DNA of 64,000 nucleotides from Octopus sinensis (GCF_006345805.1 NC_043011.1:23014464-23078463), one strand, 5' to 3'; positions 1-13,058 are shown, counted from the first letter of the stretch. The notes: generated by a model not told the origin, from the letters alone. Numbers and translations: made by a program.

Positions 1-356
1 TATAAGCATTTTAAGGGAGTTATAGCCCCAAAATAGCCAAAAAAATGCATTAAAAATGGAAAAAAAATGATGGTAAATTTTTTTTTAAATCGTTGACTCA
101 TCGTAGACATTTTTAGAGAATTACTTCCATTATATAATAGCGAAAAAATGCATTAAAATGGAAAAAAATGATGGTAAATTTTTTTTTAAATCGTAGACTC
201 ATCGCAGACGCGCGCTAATACCCAGAAGGGCTCGATATGAATCACGACTATAAGATACCCGCTTTTGGTTACACTGCACCGCGAAATGTGGGAGTAGTTA
301 GGAATCTAAATCGTAGGAGACAGACACTCACACAACTTCACTTTTATATATAAAGA
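1..356 (-). mobile_element. Non-autonomous Helitron-like (HINE/Lep1-type) element, 5' part; runs off window start
   Basis: Minus strand begins A|TCTTTATATATAAAAGTGAAGTTGTGTGAGTGTCTGTCT (TC 5' end plus GTCT-type microsatellite). Internal ~70-bp direct repeat at ~40-108 and ~143-209. 3' end not in window. Confidence 0.5.
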
Positions 357-743
357 TAAAATCATAAATAACTAATCGTCCAGTATTTTCTTTTACCCAA
401 AGCCAGTAACTTTACCCCCTCATACATTGTGCAGATGAATTATCAGCCTTGACCGAGAGAGGCTCTATTTATAAATATGCGCGCGTGAGTGTATGTGTGT
501 GCATGAGAGAGAGAAAGAGAGAGACGGAGAGAGAGAGGGAGATGTAATGTGTAGACATGTGCTTGCAGATATAGAATGAAAGAGAGGGAGGGAGGAAGGG
601 AAAGGTGGAGGGAAAATGAGAAATGGACAAACCGGTTGATTAGTTCATTAATTGATAGATAAGTTAAGTTGAATGATTACCATATTGAATAGAATAAGCA
701 CAAAAAAAATCATATAACCGCCAGATAATTGGACTGGCAAACG

Positions 744-827
<84 letters not shown>

Positions 828-876
828 CACACACAACTTTATATAACACACACATACATGTATGTATGTATGTATG

Positions 877-908
<32 letters not shown>

Positions 909-1026
909 TGTATGTGTATGTATGTATGTATGTATGTATGTATGTATGTATGTATGCTTGTATATGCATGCACGTATGTTTGTATATCTATCTATCTATC
1001 TATCTACACACACACACACACACACA
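744..1026. repeat. Compound microsatellite (TCTA)n-(TATG)n-(CA)n
   Basis: Directly visible; explains the ORFs at 729-1196. Confidence 0.95.
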
Positions 1027-1722
1027 CGTACATGCACACACGTACACACACGCACACACGTATACACACATGCTATACGCTCACATACATACACACATCC
1101 AATACAAACAAATATGATGGCGGATGAGAAAAATGATGATGGTGGGAAGAATCCGGAATCCGAGGAAACTGTTGATAGCCTATATATATAATACATAGGA
1201 AGTAGTTAGTTACATGATGGATGCAGGAATGGAGAGATTGCCGAATACATTAACACAAATACTTATATTAGAAGGAGAGGTTGAGTGTATGGGCTGAAGA
1301 GCATGAGATGATAGAAATATTTACAAGACGAAATTTCAGGGAGTGGGAAAACAAGAGTCGAAAAATTTAAGATATTTTGACATATTGTTTAGAAAAATTA
1401 AACAAGTGCTGGAAAAGAAAATAATTTTGATGAGATTGGAGTATAAATTATTTTAGAAGAGTTCGCACTCGACAGCCATTTTGATTACAAGAGCTGCCTC
1501 AAATTTGGCTTCTCTCAAAACAACATCACTCTTATTACTATCACAACACAAGCTGCCAACATAATGATGGTGACCATCACCTTTAAACCTGCTCCAACTC
1601 ATTTAATGCATGCAACCGTTAACAGCTTATCTTACTAAGGGAATCAACAACCGAGTATATACAAAACCGTTTAATAAGACAGATATAATGGTTTTCAAAA
1701 TTTGGCATGTAACAGGATGAGA

Positions 1723-1878
1723 GGAGTATATTTCGTTTGTCACTTTTATTTATGACAACCCTAACCCTAAAACCCTAAAACCCTAACCCTAAAACCTTAA
1801 CCCTAACCCTAAAACCTTAAAACCAGTACAAACGTACGAACGATGTCATAAATAACAGTGACAAGCGAAAAATACACC
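1723..1878. mobile_element. MITE-like unit: ~35-bp inverted repeats enclosing telomere-like (CCCTAA) variants
   Basis: ggagtatatttcgtttgtcacttttatttatgaca (1723-1757) is the imperfect reverse complement of tgtcataaataacagtgacaagcgaaaaatacacc (1844-1878). The interior is AACCCT/AAAACCCT/AAAACCTT repeats. Confidence 0.65.
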
Positions 1879-2143
1879 GCCGATAGTTGTTGTTGACAAA
1901 CAACGGCAGTAATTTTATTCAGCTGGATACACGTCATTGATTGGTTGAAATTACCGAAATTAGAGAACTTTAAGGTGAAATAACTTCGTAAATATAAGTT
2001 TTTCTCAAAAATGCTAAGAGTAAAAGATGTTTTATATGACACATTCTACCAGTGTCTGAAGTTTGAAAGTGTTTAGTTACAAAAAATTATTTTTAAAATC
2101 TGTAGGTCAACCATGTTGAAAGGGTTTTAATCAAAGCAATTTT

Positions 2144-3428
2144 AGGGTGTCCACGAAGTCTGGGTACATGGAATAAAACCATAACATAAACAGATATAAG
2201 AAATAATAATTTTCCTTTTTTACTTTTGTTTAAATTAAGTAAAAAGAAATACTTTACTTTTCTAAATTTATTTGTTATTTTTTCTACAGATGATCGAATG
2301 ATGGCTCTGTCTAAAGAAGAAAGAATCGAGTTAGTATTATTAAGTGGACGAGAGGGATGGTCTTATCTCAAAATTGCGGAAGAATTTAATCTTCGACTTA
2401 TAGGTAATCTATTGTTTTTACTGCCGTCGGGAAATTGATCAAGAAATTTAAAGAAACAGGCAGTGTTTTGAATAAACCCCGTTCCGGGCGACCAAAAACT
2501 TCAGATGAAACGAAAGAGGCTGTCATGGCTAAAGTTTCTGCTAGCCCAAAGAAATCACTTCGTCGGACATCCACGGTGTTAGGTGTTCCAAAACCAACCA
2601 TCCACAAAATGCTGGTTGAGGAAAAGTTTCATCGATACAACCTACAAATATTGTTTCACTTAAATGAAGACGACCCTGGTAGACGAATGTAGACGTGCGA
2701 ATGGTTTTCAGATAAATTGGATGAAAATATCAATTTTAAGAAAAACTTTGTTGTTCAGTGACAAAGCTACGTTTTATGTAAATGGTGAGGTCAACAGACA
2801 GAATCTTCTATACTGGTCTCGAGGTAATCCACATTGGATGGATCCATCCAAACAGCAAGGCAGTAAAAAGGTAATGGTGTGGTGTGGTTTGTGGAAAGCT
2901 CATGTTCTAGGACCCTTCTTCATTGAACATGTAACGGATGAGACTTATGTAAACATATTGAGAGACAAATTAATATCTCAAATTGAGCGCCTAGGCGAGG
3001 GCCTTCCGAATTGTTTTCAGCAGGATGGGGCCCCTACCCATTTTGCCACAACTGTTAGAGATTGGCTTAATGACACTTTTCCTCACTGGATTGAAAGAAG
3101 GGCTCATATGGAAAGGTCCCCTCGTACACCAGACCTTTCTCCCCTTGATTTCTTTTTCTGGGCTATGTTGAAAGAGAAAGATTACAATAAAGATTACAGA
3201 TTTAAAACACACGAGAGAACGCATTACCAGTCAGTGTGCTGAAATTGATGGGAATGTAGACTTATTTAATCAAGTTCACCTGAATTTTGCAAGGCGCATC
3301 AAGTTGTGCATTGAAAAATGATGGCAATCACTTTGAAAATATTATTTATTAACATTATAATTAAATAAAATTGATTTATTTTAAAAGTATGTGTTAATCC
3401 CCATGTACGCAGACTTTGTGGACACCCT
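2144..3428 (+). mobile_element. Tc1/mariner superfamily transposon, DD40D/DD41D (rosa-like), full length but defective
   Basis: 28-bp TIRs: agggtgtccacgaagtctgggtacatgg (2144-2171) vs the reverse complement of 3401-3428, 26/28 identical. They enclose the transposase. Confidence 0.9.
2298..3352 (+). pseudogene. Frameshifted Tc1/mariner transposase
   Basis: Pieces in different frames: MALSKEERIELV..., KFKETGSVLNKPRSGRP (HTH), LFSDKATF, FQQDGAPTH, PDLSPLDFFFW (40 residues between the 2nd and 3rd D), ending DGNHFENIIY*. Stops and frameshifts are present. Confidence 0.9.
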
Positions 3429-4292
3429 CTATTATTTTGTAAAAAAATATTGAATCAGTTTAAACGTACACAAATGCATAAAAATCATTTTTAATTGAAT
3501 TAGACATTTGAAAATACTATTAAATTTCATTCAAATCTAAAAATAAATGGTAAAATTGGACAGAACTGATTGGATGACTTGATATATATAATCTATGATA
3601 TTCTAGTAGGTTTCAAGTTTATAACACCTTGATATCTCATGTTATCTCATTTTATATGCCTAAGACGTTTATTTTCTATTCTGGTTTTTATATATTTCTA
3701 TACATTATATTTGTATCTATAATTTATTTTAAGCCGAAACACAATACGATCCTTTCACCGGTGTTTGTAATCGATGGTGACATGTGCGATGATTTTGCGA
3801 CTATCTTATATTTTACAGAGAAATTGGAAGCCCCGAATGTAAGCCACCACTTTATGCTTAAAACAATATTTATAGTTCTCTATTTCTAACTTAAATTCTG
3901 TCCTCAATAATTATAGATCTCTATTTCTAAATGTAATTCTTTTTCTTCTCGTTCAGTTTATAACTATAACACGCATTCTTGTCTGTCTCTTGACAAAGCT
4001 TTTTTTCTCCAGCGTTCACCACTTCACCTCGTTAGGGTTAAACAACCCTTACCGAATGTTTTCACTCTCCTGTTTTTGTTAGCAGCTTTGACCTTGCACG
4101 TATCTCAAATTTTATTTAATTTGCTTTGGGGGAGCAATTGCTTTGACGAAGACGCATCTTGTTGCACAGCTCGCAATGCGGAGTAGGTAAATCTGCCAAC
4201 AATTGAGGAAGGGTTGTGTTTTTATGCTGCCTTCGCGCTATAGTTCTCAATATATAATGGAAATTCTTTCCTCCCAACCCAACCCCCATAGC

Positions 4293-4512
4293 GTTGACTG
4301 TGGGCTGGTAGCTGTGTACAGTCGCCCCAACGTCGCCAGAGCGAGCTCTGGTCGCCATAGCATCTTTGCCTCCACTAAATTTATTCAGTCCAGTTACGTT
4401 TCTGCATAGTGATCATTTGCAAACTCCAGAGGTGACACTTTCATTTCTCCTTGTCGACTGTGGACTGGTAGCTGTGGACGGTCGACCCAACGTCGCCCAG
4501 AGCGAGCTCTGG
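4293..4512 (+). repeat. ~60-bp GC-rich direct repeat (4293-4351 and 4453-4512)
   Basis: gactgtgg(g/a)ctggtagctgtg...caacgtcgcc(c)agagcgagctctgg occurs twice. Confidence 0.7.
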
Positions 4513-4783
4513 CTGGTATGATGCTATAGCAGAAGACACATGCCTGTCAAAACTCTGATTTGTATGCGTTTATATGCATGTACACTTCTGGATTTTTCTA
4601 TGATGTAAATCAATATTTTTCAATTTATATGTGTTTATGGATCTATAATGTTTTGTATTGTATTGTATTATTATTATTATTATTATGTTACTATTTCACT
4701 ATATTATGATGTTGATGTATTCTATGGGATTTTTTCCACCTAATATGTACTGGGAATGGCGTGATGCACATATTATTTTACTG

Positions 4784-4893
<110 letters not shown>

Positions 4894-5450
4894 GCATTTT
4901 GTAACTTAATATAATGAACTCTTGACTTTGTATATGTACATTATCATGTGGATATGTGTATGTTTGTATATTCTATTATTCTAATATATTAATTTGACTA
5001 ACTGTAACCTTATATATATGTATGTATATTATTATATATTATTATGTATATACGTATATATATATATATATATATAGGTGCATGTGTATATACACTTATA
5101 TGTATGTGTATATTATATATTATGGGTATGTACCCACTCTTGTATGGGTGTACCTCCTCTGATATTCATATTTGGATTGTACTTTATAATCTCTGAAGCG
5201 GCCTTGAGATATATTTGTAAGTGTCTCATTTATAACCACATATTAACTATTAATAGTTTATATTTATATTTATATTTATCTATATTTATTTATACATATT
5301 GTACTTATTGTATCATATTACTCATTGATGTGCACTGTTTCGTTCTGCACTATTATGTTTGACCTTGATGTTCATATGTAGTTGGTTAATAAATTATGTG
5401 AATGGGTATTATCTGGTAGTTGATTATTGATTAAGGTGTGTTTCTCCATT

Positions 5451-5834
5451 ATATATATACAAATAAGAAAATGGAGGAACAGATTCCTTTCAATCATCGA
5501 CTTACAGATAATACCAATTATAGGCACAATGATGTATATTGTTTTATTCTGGTTTATTCCGTTGGATTTGGATGTTCCTATTTAAGTAGTTAATAAATAA
5601 TATGAATTGGTAATATCTGTAAGTCGATGATTGAAAGGAATGTGTTCCTCCATTTTCTTATTTGTATTATGAATTTGTGGTAAAACATTTTACCTTTGCC
5701 CATATAATACAATAAATGAATTAACTGCATCGCAATTCTTAACATTTATGTATTAACTTTGTTGGGTACTTCACTAGCAGTATATTGGATAACTGATATC
5801 CCATAGTGGGTTACACTCAACCCCTATCTCTCTT

Positions 5835-5910
<76 letters not shown>

Positions 5911-6380
5911 TACAGTTACAAATTGAGATAGGGGTTGTAAATGCAACCCTCCATGGGATATCAGTTATCCAATATACTGCTAGTGAAGTACCCAACAAAG
6001 TTAATACATAAATGTTAAGAATTGCGATGCAGTTAATTCATTTATTGTATTATATGGGCAAAGGTAAAATGTTTTACCACAAATTCATAATACAAATAAG
6101 AAAATGGAGGAACACATTCCTTTCAATCATCGACTTACAGATATTACCAATTCATATTATTTATTAACTACTTAAATAGGAACATCCAAATCCAACAGAA
6201 TAAACCAGAATAAAACAATATACATCAATAAGTAAGATAATACCATAAAAATAATACATATAAAATGGATCTTACAGCTGTTTCAGCCTGTAGATAAAGG
6301 TATCTCATTGTGCCTATAATTGGTATTATCTGTAAGTCGATGATTGAAAGGAATCTGTTCCTCCATTTTCTTATTTGTAT
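5451..6380. repeat. Nested fold-back palindrome centred on (TA)n, Penelope-like pLTR-derived
   Basis: Inner arms ~5530-5836 and ~5918-6227 surround (TA)n. Outer arms are ~5451-5532 and 6305-6380. A truncated hammerhead 3' half GAAACAGCTGTA lies on the minus strand at ~6273-6284. Confidence 0.8.
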
Positions 6381-6401
6381 ATATATATATATATATGACT
6401 A

Positions 6402-6812
<411 letters not shown>

Positions 6813-6849
6813 TATATACCTACTCGTATACGAGCTAATCCTATTATAA

Positions 6850-6880
<31 letters not shown>

Positions 6881-6900
6881 TATATCTATATACATATCTA

Positions 6901-7000
<100 letters not shown>

Positions 7001-7002
7001 AA

Positions 7003-7038
<36 letters not shown>

Positions 7039-7041
<3 letters not shown>

Positions 7042-7221
7042 CCTCGTATGTACCGTTAGCGATTTTTTCCCCTCTGTCTTCCCTTCTCTGGATCTTTCCT
7101 TCGCCTATGTTTCCGATGAAGAGCTCCGCTCGAAACGTTAAACCCTCCTTCTTTCCTTCTTTCCTGAGCGTCCAATAATACTATATTTGTTCCACGTCCT
7201 CACGTTGTTGTGTTTTTTTGT
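7039..7221 (+). mobile_element. Short Penelope-type/retrozyme-like element in (TA)n with minimal hammerhead motif
   Basis: gttt-CCGATGA-a-gagc-tcc-gctc-GAAAC-GTT-aaac at 7109-7143. A diverged inverted copy of the element lies at 10810-11010. Confidence 0.65.
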
Positions 7222-7244
7222 GCTTTCTTGTTTGGATTAACTAT

Positions 7245-7302
<58 letters not shown>

Positions 7303-7408
7303 ATATATATCTATATATATATCTATATATCTATATATATCTATATATCTATATATATCTATATATATCTATATATCTATATATATGTATATATATATAT
7401 ATACATAG

Positions 7409-7448
<40 letters not shown>

Positions 7449-7471
7449 TTATAGCTATATATATATATATC

Positions 7472-7503
<32 letters not shown>

Positions 7504-7533
7504 ATATCTATATATATATATCCTATATATATA

Positions 7534-7608
<75 letters not shown>

Positions 7609-8153
7609 GGTTATTGTTGGCATCCTTTTTGTCTCGGGAGACAATGGAGTTGCGCATAAAGTAGTCTAGTCCGGCATTTACATTTCATGTCCTGATACCT
7701 TTCCTGCTGTGGTTGTGTAGTCCTATCCTGGACAAACACTCCCTCTGGCAGGTGCCGCAAATGTAGCAAAGACTTTGCCTGGCTGGTTGTAATGCCATAG
7801 TTTCTTGTTGACGTATTTTCTTGTCTTTCCATTTCTCCTCTCTCTCTCTGTCACTCCTTTGTATAAATGTTTTCATATATATATATATATGAAAACATTT
7901 ATACAAAGGAGTGACAGAGAGAGAGAGGAGAAATGGAAGACAAGAAAATACGTCAACAAGAAACTATGGCATTACAACCAGCCAGGCAAAGTCTTTGCTA
8001 CATTTGCGCACCTGCCAGAGGGAGTGTTGTCCAGGATAGGACTACACAACCACAGCAGGAAAGGTATCAGGACATGAAATGTAAATGCCGGACTAGACTA
8101 CTTTATGCGCAACTCCATTGTCTCCCGAGACAAAAAGGATGCCAACAATAACC
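7609..8153. mobile_element. RTE-clade LINE 3' end present as an inverted duplication around (TA)n
   Basis: Encodes CGTCQRECLSRIGLHNHSR (RTE ORF2 C-terminal C2H2-like motif) plus the 3' tail ccattgtctcccgagacaaaaaggatgcc. Arms 7609-7874 and 7891-8153 are near-perfect reverse complements. Confidence 0.8.
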
Positions 8154-8167
8154 ATATATATATATAT

Positions 8168-8240
<73 letters not shown>

Positions 8241-8289
8241 CATTATTAAATCTCAGAATGAGATGTAAACAGTAATCGCTCGATAATGT

Positions 8290-8632
8290 AAAGTAAAGAA
8301 GCCATCTTAATATGGCTAACCACAAAAGGGAGGAGGTGTTACTGTAGCTTTATAGCCCCAGGAGATCATCGTCTCCAGCTGGTTAGACACCATTTCAGTG
8401 CCCTTGAAGTATTTGGGGAGGGGGTGTTACTGTAGTTTTATAGCCCCAGGAGATCATCGTCTCCAGCTGGCTTTAGACAGCATTTCAGTGCCCTTGAAGT
8501 ATTTGCAAATACTTCAAGGGCACTGAAATGGTGTCTAAAGCCAGCTGGAGACGATGATCCCCTGGGGCTATAAAGCTACAGTAACACCCCCTCCCCTTTG
8601 TGGTTAGCCATATTAAGATGGCTTCTATACTT

Positions 8633-8633
<1 letters not shown>
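8290..8633. repeat. Direct plus inverted repeat unit with a spacer-less palindrome centre at 8505/8506
   Basis: An ~88-bp unit is tandemly repeated (8328-8415, 8416-8505) and then mirrored at atttg|caaat. Related sequence occurs at ~20355-20445. Confidence 0.85.
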
Positions 8634-8662
<29 letters not shown>

Positions 8663-8664
<2 letters not shown>

Positions 8665-8779
8665 CACATGCCTTACTTAAGGCATGTGTAAAATTTGAAT
8701 GAAATTGGTTGTGTAGTTCTCAAGTTTTTGGGAAACACACAGACAGACATACAGTCTCAGTTTTATATATATATATAGA
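8663..8779 (-). mobile_element. Helitron-like 5' fragment next to a 13-bp hairpin
   Basis: Minus strand reads TCTATATATATATAAAACTGAGACTGTATGTCTGTCTG. Hairpin tacacatgcctta-ct-taaggcatgtgta at 8663-8690. Confidence 0.4.
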
Positions 8780-9484
8780 TATATGTATGGTTTTCATCAA
8801 AGATTAACAAAAGCCTTTACGAGAGTTTCTTTCATGGTATCTACTGCTGTAAATTTTGTTCTAACAGAACATCGACGTTTAAGTGGGGTTAAATATTACT
8901 TTATTCTATATGTTGGTTATGTCACATACATTGTTTACGTGAAATTATAGGAAGTAACTGCCATCACTTCCGGTTTCTGTTGCAACCAGTTCACATCAGT
9001 GGGTACTAAGATCAATTAAACTTAGTTTATTACTTTTTTGTAGTATATTTTATAAACAGTAAACACATTGCTTTATGCTTAGTGTTTTTTTTTCATGCCG
9101 GATGTCAAAGACGTTCAGTATGTGTGCGTTCGGCAAGATTATTAATGTTAAAGTCATATGTTAGAGCCTTGGTTCCCAAACTGGAGTCTGCGAAGCGATT
9201 TTAGTGTTCCGGGAAGGGGTCGCCAATTTTCAGATTTTTAATGTTCAAAACCCTAGATTTTCCGGTTTTAGCTAAAATTGGAACCATTGAACATGCACAC
9301 ACTACCCAGAAGCCCTAATTTATGTGTAAAAAAAAAACCCTTACAGATAGAATGCATTTGAGACAACGCGTCACGACGCGCGCAGGGCATACATGCACGT
9401 ACTTGAATACAGGCGTCTCTCTGCGGTTTTATCGATCGGTGCGGGGATATGGGCACAAGTCTAAACAGGATTGAAAATTGGTAG

Positions 9485-10108
9485 TGTAACAGCCCAGATT
9501 ATACCCCTATCCGGAGCTCGTCTGGGCTAGCGCAGACTATACCCCCTCCAGATAACCAGGCCAGAATATACCCTATGCTTGCAGACAAATAACACAGATG
9601 TGCCTCACTTATAAAAGTTGCCTCAGAACACATATTTAATATCACTCGATGAAGAATTAAAAGTTACATGTAAATTTCGATTTAAACATAGCAATTTAGA
9701 ATTATCAAATTCAAAATACTTTAAAATATATCAATATAAACCCAACACGAATGGCCATATTTGCGCGAGTCTTGGCTATGACTCATAGTATAGGTGCGCT
9801 GCGCAGCATGCGCGAGTCGTCAATTTTTTCCTAATCCACCTATACATTGGGTTTATATTGGTACATTGAATAGTTGCATTTGATAATTCTAAATTGCTAT
9901 GTTTAAATCGGAATTTACATGTAACTTTTAATTCTTCATCGATTGGTATCAAATTTTATATATGTTCTGAGGCAACTTTTATAAGTGAGGTGCATCTGTG
10001 TTATTTGGCCGCAAGCACGAGGTATAAGTCTGGACAGGGCTATAGTCGGGGCTAGCTTAGACTAACTCCGGGTATCGTCTGGGCAGGGGTATATTCTAGG
10101 CTGTTACA
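9485..10108. mobile_element. Fold-back MITE with long (~260-bp) inverted arms
   Basis: Termini TGTAACAGCC...GGCTGTTACA. Repeated subterminal cagA(t/c/a)TATACCC motifs. Internal arms at ~9585-9745 and ~9845-10010 are complementary. Confidence 0.85.
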
Positions 10109-10809
10109 GCGGCCGTAATATCGGCTCATTGATGACATAGTCCGCGAGAGTGGTTCATAAAGAGGTTGCGATTTGTTTTCACCATCACACATTTAAGAAC
10201 GCCTATATTTTCAACATATTTATCATCGTAAGTTCATTCTTAATTTTACTTTTTATGTTTGTATTAAGCATCAATAAGTAAGGACATAATAAGCCAATAA
10301 AAGGACAAGCTAGTAGCAATATCATAAAGTACCTAGCGACTTTTAGTCGAACTTTTTTAAAGTAGCTACAAGGCATCACAATGGTAAGAAGCTTGACCTT
10401 AGTCCAACTGAATGACTAAAATGAAGATATTGAAGTAAAACAAAATTAACCAATATCGAAGTAACTTCTGCATGAATAAGAACTTACCGTTGTTTGTATT
10501 CGTAATTGTGTACCATTTTCTCCGTTTTTTTTTGTCCTTGTTGCCGTACACATTCGATAGCTTTCTTACAAAGGGGTCTAACGCTCTTAGCTTAGACTTT
10601 TTTGGGGGGCAACCAGATCGAACCATCTCAAGTGTAACTGCCCAAAATGATCGTGACTTCTGGGACTTGACTGATGAAAGAGAGCCAAGAATGACCCGTC
10701 TGTTTTTGCCTGTCCTTCTCTTGTCTGCCTTTGTATCGGCTATCTGTCCGAACGTTTTAATGCACTCTATTGCATCTTTGTTCCATTTATATATATATAT
10801 ATATATATA

Positions 10810-11010
10810 GTCAATCAAAAGAAGAACAAGTAAGAAAAAACAACAACGCGAGGACGTGGAACAAGTACTGTGTTATTGGAGGCTCAGGAAAGGAAAGAAA
10901 AGAAAGATGGTTTCACGTTTCCAACGGAGCCCTTCACCAAAAATATAGCAAAAGTCTAAAGAAGGTAAAACGGAGAAAGAAAATCGCCAACGATACACAC
11001 GCGGTCACAT
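10810..11010 (-). mobile_element. Diverged second copy of the 7039-7221 element, flanked by (TA)n
   Basis: Shares caacaacg(c/t)gaggacgtggaacaa...ttattgga(g/c)gctcaggaaag and aaaatcgc(c/t)aacg...cg(c/a)ggtca. Confidence 0.7.
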
Positions 11011-11014
11011 ATTG

Positions 11015-11044
<30 letters not shown>

Positions 11045-11046
<2 letters not shown>

Positions 11047-11556
11047 CAATAATAATTCTCTAAATGAGATATAGACAGTGACTGCTCCATAATATAAGGG
11101 ATATTAGCCAACCGAATATGGCTAGGGACAGGGCAGGGTGGTGGAGGTGTCACTGTTGCATTGTCCCTAGCCATATTCGGTTGGCTAATATTCCTTATAT
11201 TATGGAGCAGTCACTGTCTATATCTCATTTAGAGAATTATTATTGCTGTCGAACAGATTTTCGAAATCAGTAAATGTATTTACTTGAAAATCCTTATATA
11301 TATCTTGCACAGTTGGTCGTTCATCGAGAAGCGATGCCTACCACACGTTGATAATAGGCAATACACCTTGAAACCTAGGTCCGTGTGTGGTATCTGCTTC
11401 TTGGTGAATGATCTCCCTTTGCAAGATAGAGGACGCCGTGATGGCGTCAGGCCTATCTGGTGACGTTGATGTTCGCCTGGGGCTAAATGCAACAGTGACA
11501 CCCCCACCACCCTGCCCTGTCCCTAGCCATATTCGGTTGGCTAATATCCCTTATAT

Positions 11557-11560
<4 letters not shown>
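11045..11560. repeat. Fold-back element between (TA)n tracts: arms 11045-11130 and 11162-11247, third inverted copy 11488-11560
   Basis: Direct reverse-complement comparison. Confidence 0.85.
11317..11411 (+). ncRNA. Type I hammerhead ribozyme with U3-A8 core and long stem I
   Basis: cacacg-TTGATAA-t-agg-caataca-cct-t-GAAAC-CTAG-GTC-cgtgtg. Stem I extends (tcgttcatcgagaagc pairs with gcttcttggtgaatga, including G-U pairs). Palindromic stem III ACCTAGGT and a GUC cleavage triplet. Confidence 0.7.
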
Positions 11561-11609
<49 letters not shown>

Positions 11610-11641
11610 ATATATCTACATGTATATATGGCGCATATATC

Positions 11642-11684
<43 letters not shown>

Positions 11685-11792
11685 TATATTTATACTGGTA
11701 AAAGTAACAAAGTTTTCTCAACAGAATGAAATAGTACAAAATTCTGTGCATTTACAGTCCAACAGTTACATATTGTTATATTTATTTGTAGA

Positions 11793-12104
11793 ATGTCTTT
11801 TACAAAGAAAATGAGATATGACAGGTCATATTTGAGCTTCAGTTTCACCGTGCTTACTGCTGGTGGAGTGGAAAAACCACAGTGTGTTTTGTGCTCTGAT
11901 ATATTAGCAGCTTCTCCGCTCAAGCCCAGCAGGCTAAAGAGACATTTGGAAATGAAACATCCCAGTGCAGTCAACCAAGACGAGGAATTTTTCAGACACC
12001 AAGATGACAAATTGGTCAAATCCAGGATTGCTGACACAGGAATGTATATGCAGGACATTGTTTCTGGTCTGAAAGCTTCCTTCGAGGTTTCAAGGAAAAT
12101 TGCT

Positions 12105-12139
<35 letters not shown>

Positions 12140-12566
12140 CTCATAACTTTGGAGGGCAGTTAGTTCTTTCTTGCTGCAAAGATATAATCTCATTCGTGCT
12201 CGGAACGTCCGAACTACAGAAGCTTAAACAGGTTTCACTTTCCAACAACACCGTCAGTCAAAAAATCGCTGAGATGCCTGATAATATTTTGTCTCAGGTC
12301 ATCTCAAAGATAAAAACATCAATATTTAACTATGTCGCCATCCAAATTGATGAAACCACTGACGTTGTGGATTTAGCACAACTTTGTGTTTATGTACGTT
12401 ATGTGCATAACAAGCATCTCTAAGATGAATTCCTTTTTTGCGAAACCCTTAACACCCGAACCGCTACAAACAATGTATCCCAGAAAGTGGATCAATTCTT
12501 TAACACGCATGGCATAAACTGGGAGCACGTTGTTGGCGTGTGCACAGACGGTGCGCCAGCAATGCA
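11793..12566 (+). pseudogene. hAT (Buster/Charlie/ZBED8-like) transposase N-terminal relic
   Basis: KPQCVLC...LKPSRLKRHLEMKHP (BED-type finger), LSNNTVSQKI, QIDETTDV, EFLFCE, GVCTDGAPAM. Frameshift at the A-run 12106-12137, stop at 12421, and truncated. A possible decayed left TIR ccttggttcccaaact lies at 9167. Confidence 0.88.
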
Positions 12567-12889
12567 TGTTCACAATAAGCAACGTTCTAAATAACCATTT
12601 CTCTATCAAAGTTTTTCTATTAATAAATTTCGTGATTATAATTCCAATTAGAAAAGATAATGAGAATAAATAATTCAAGAAAAATTTTAAAGCAAAATCT
12701 CAATATTTAAATAATTCGTTGATAGATGATGATGATGATGATGATGATGATAATAATAATAAATGAATTTGTTGCAATTGAAAAAAATTCCCAAAATTAA
12801 TTTTTAGCCAGACATAAAACGCGTGGAAATTAATTCGGTACCCACATAGGTAAATAACAGGTGAAAATAAACAAAATAAATGGAGATAT

Positions 12890-13058
12890 GGCGTAGGAGT
12901 GGCTGTGTGGTAAGTAGCTTGCTTACGAACCACATGGTTCCGGGTTCAGTCCCACAGCGTGGTACCTTGGGCAAGTGTCTTCTACTATAGCCTCGGGCCG
13001 ACCAAAGCCTTGTGAGTGGATTTGGTAGACGGAAACTGAAAGAAGCCTGTCGTATATT

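Noticed and set aside
1758-1824. True telomere or chromosome-fusion site
   Set aside because: Short, degenerate, single orientation and enclosed by IRs.
5192-5221. ctgaagcggcc as another hammerhead
   Set aside because: The core is mutated and the GAAA half is missing.
10399-10818. Overlapping 139/112-aa ORFs and a CTGATGA at 10671
   Set aside because: No recognisable domain, and no stem II/GAAA follows the motif.
12890-12965. tRNA gene
   Set aside because: It has A/B boxes but no proper cloverleaf and continues into a SINE body.
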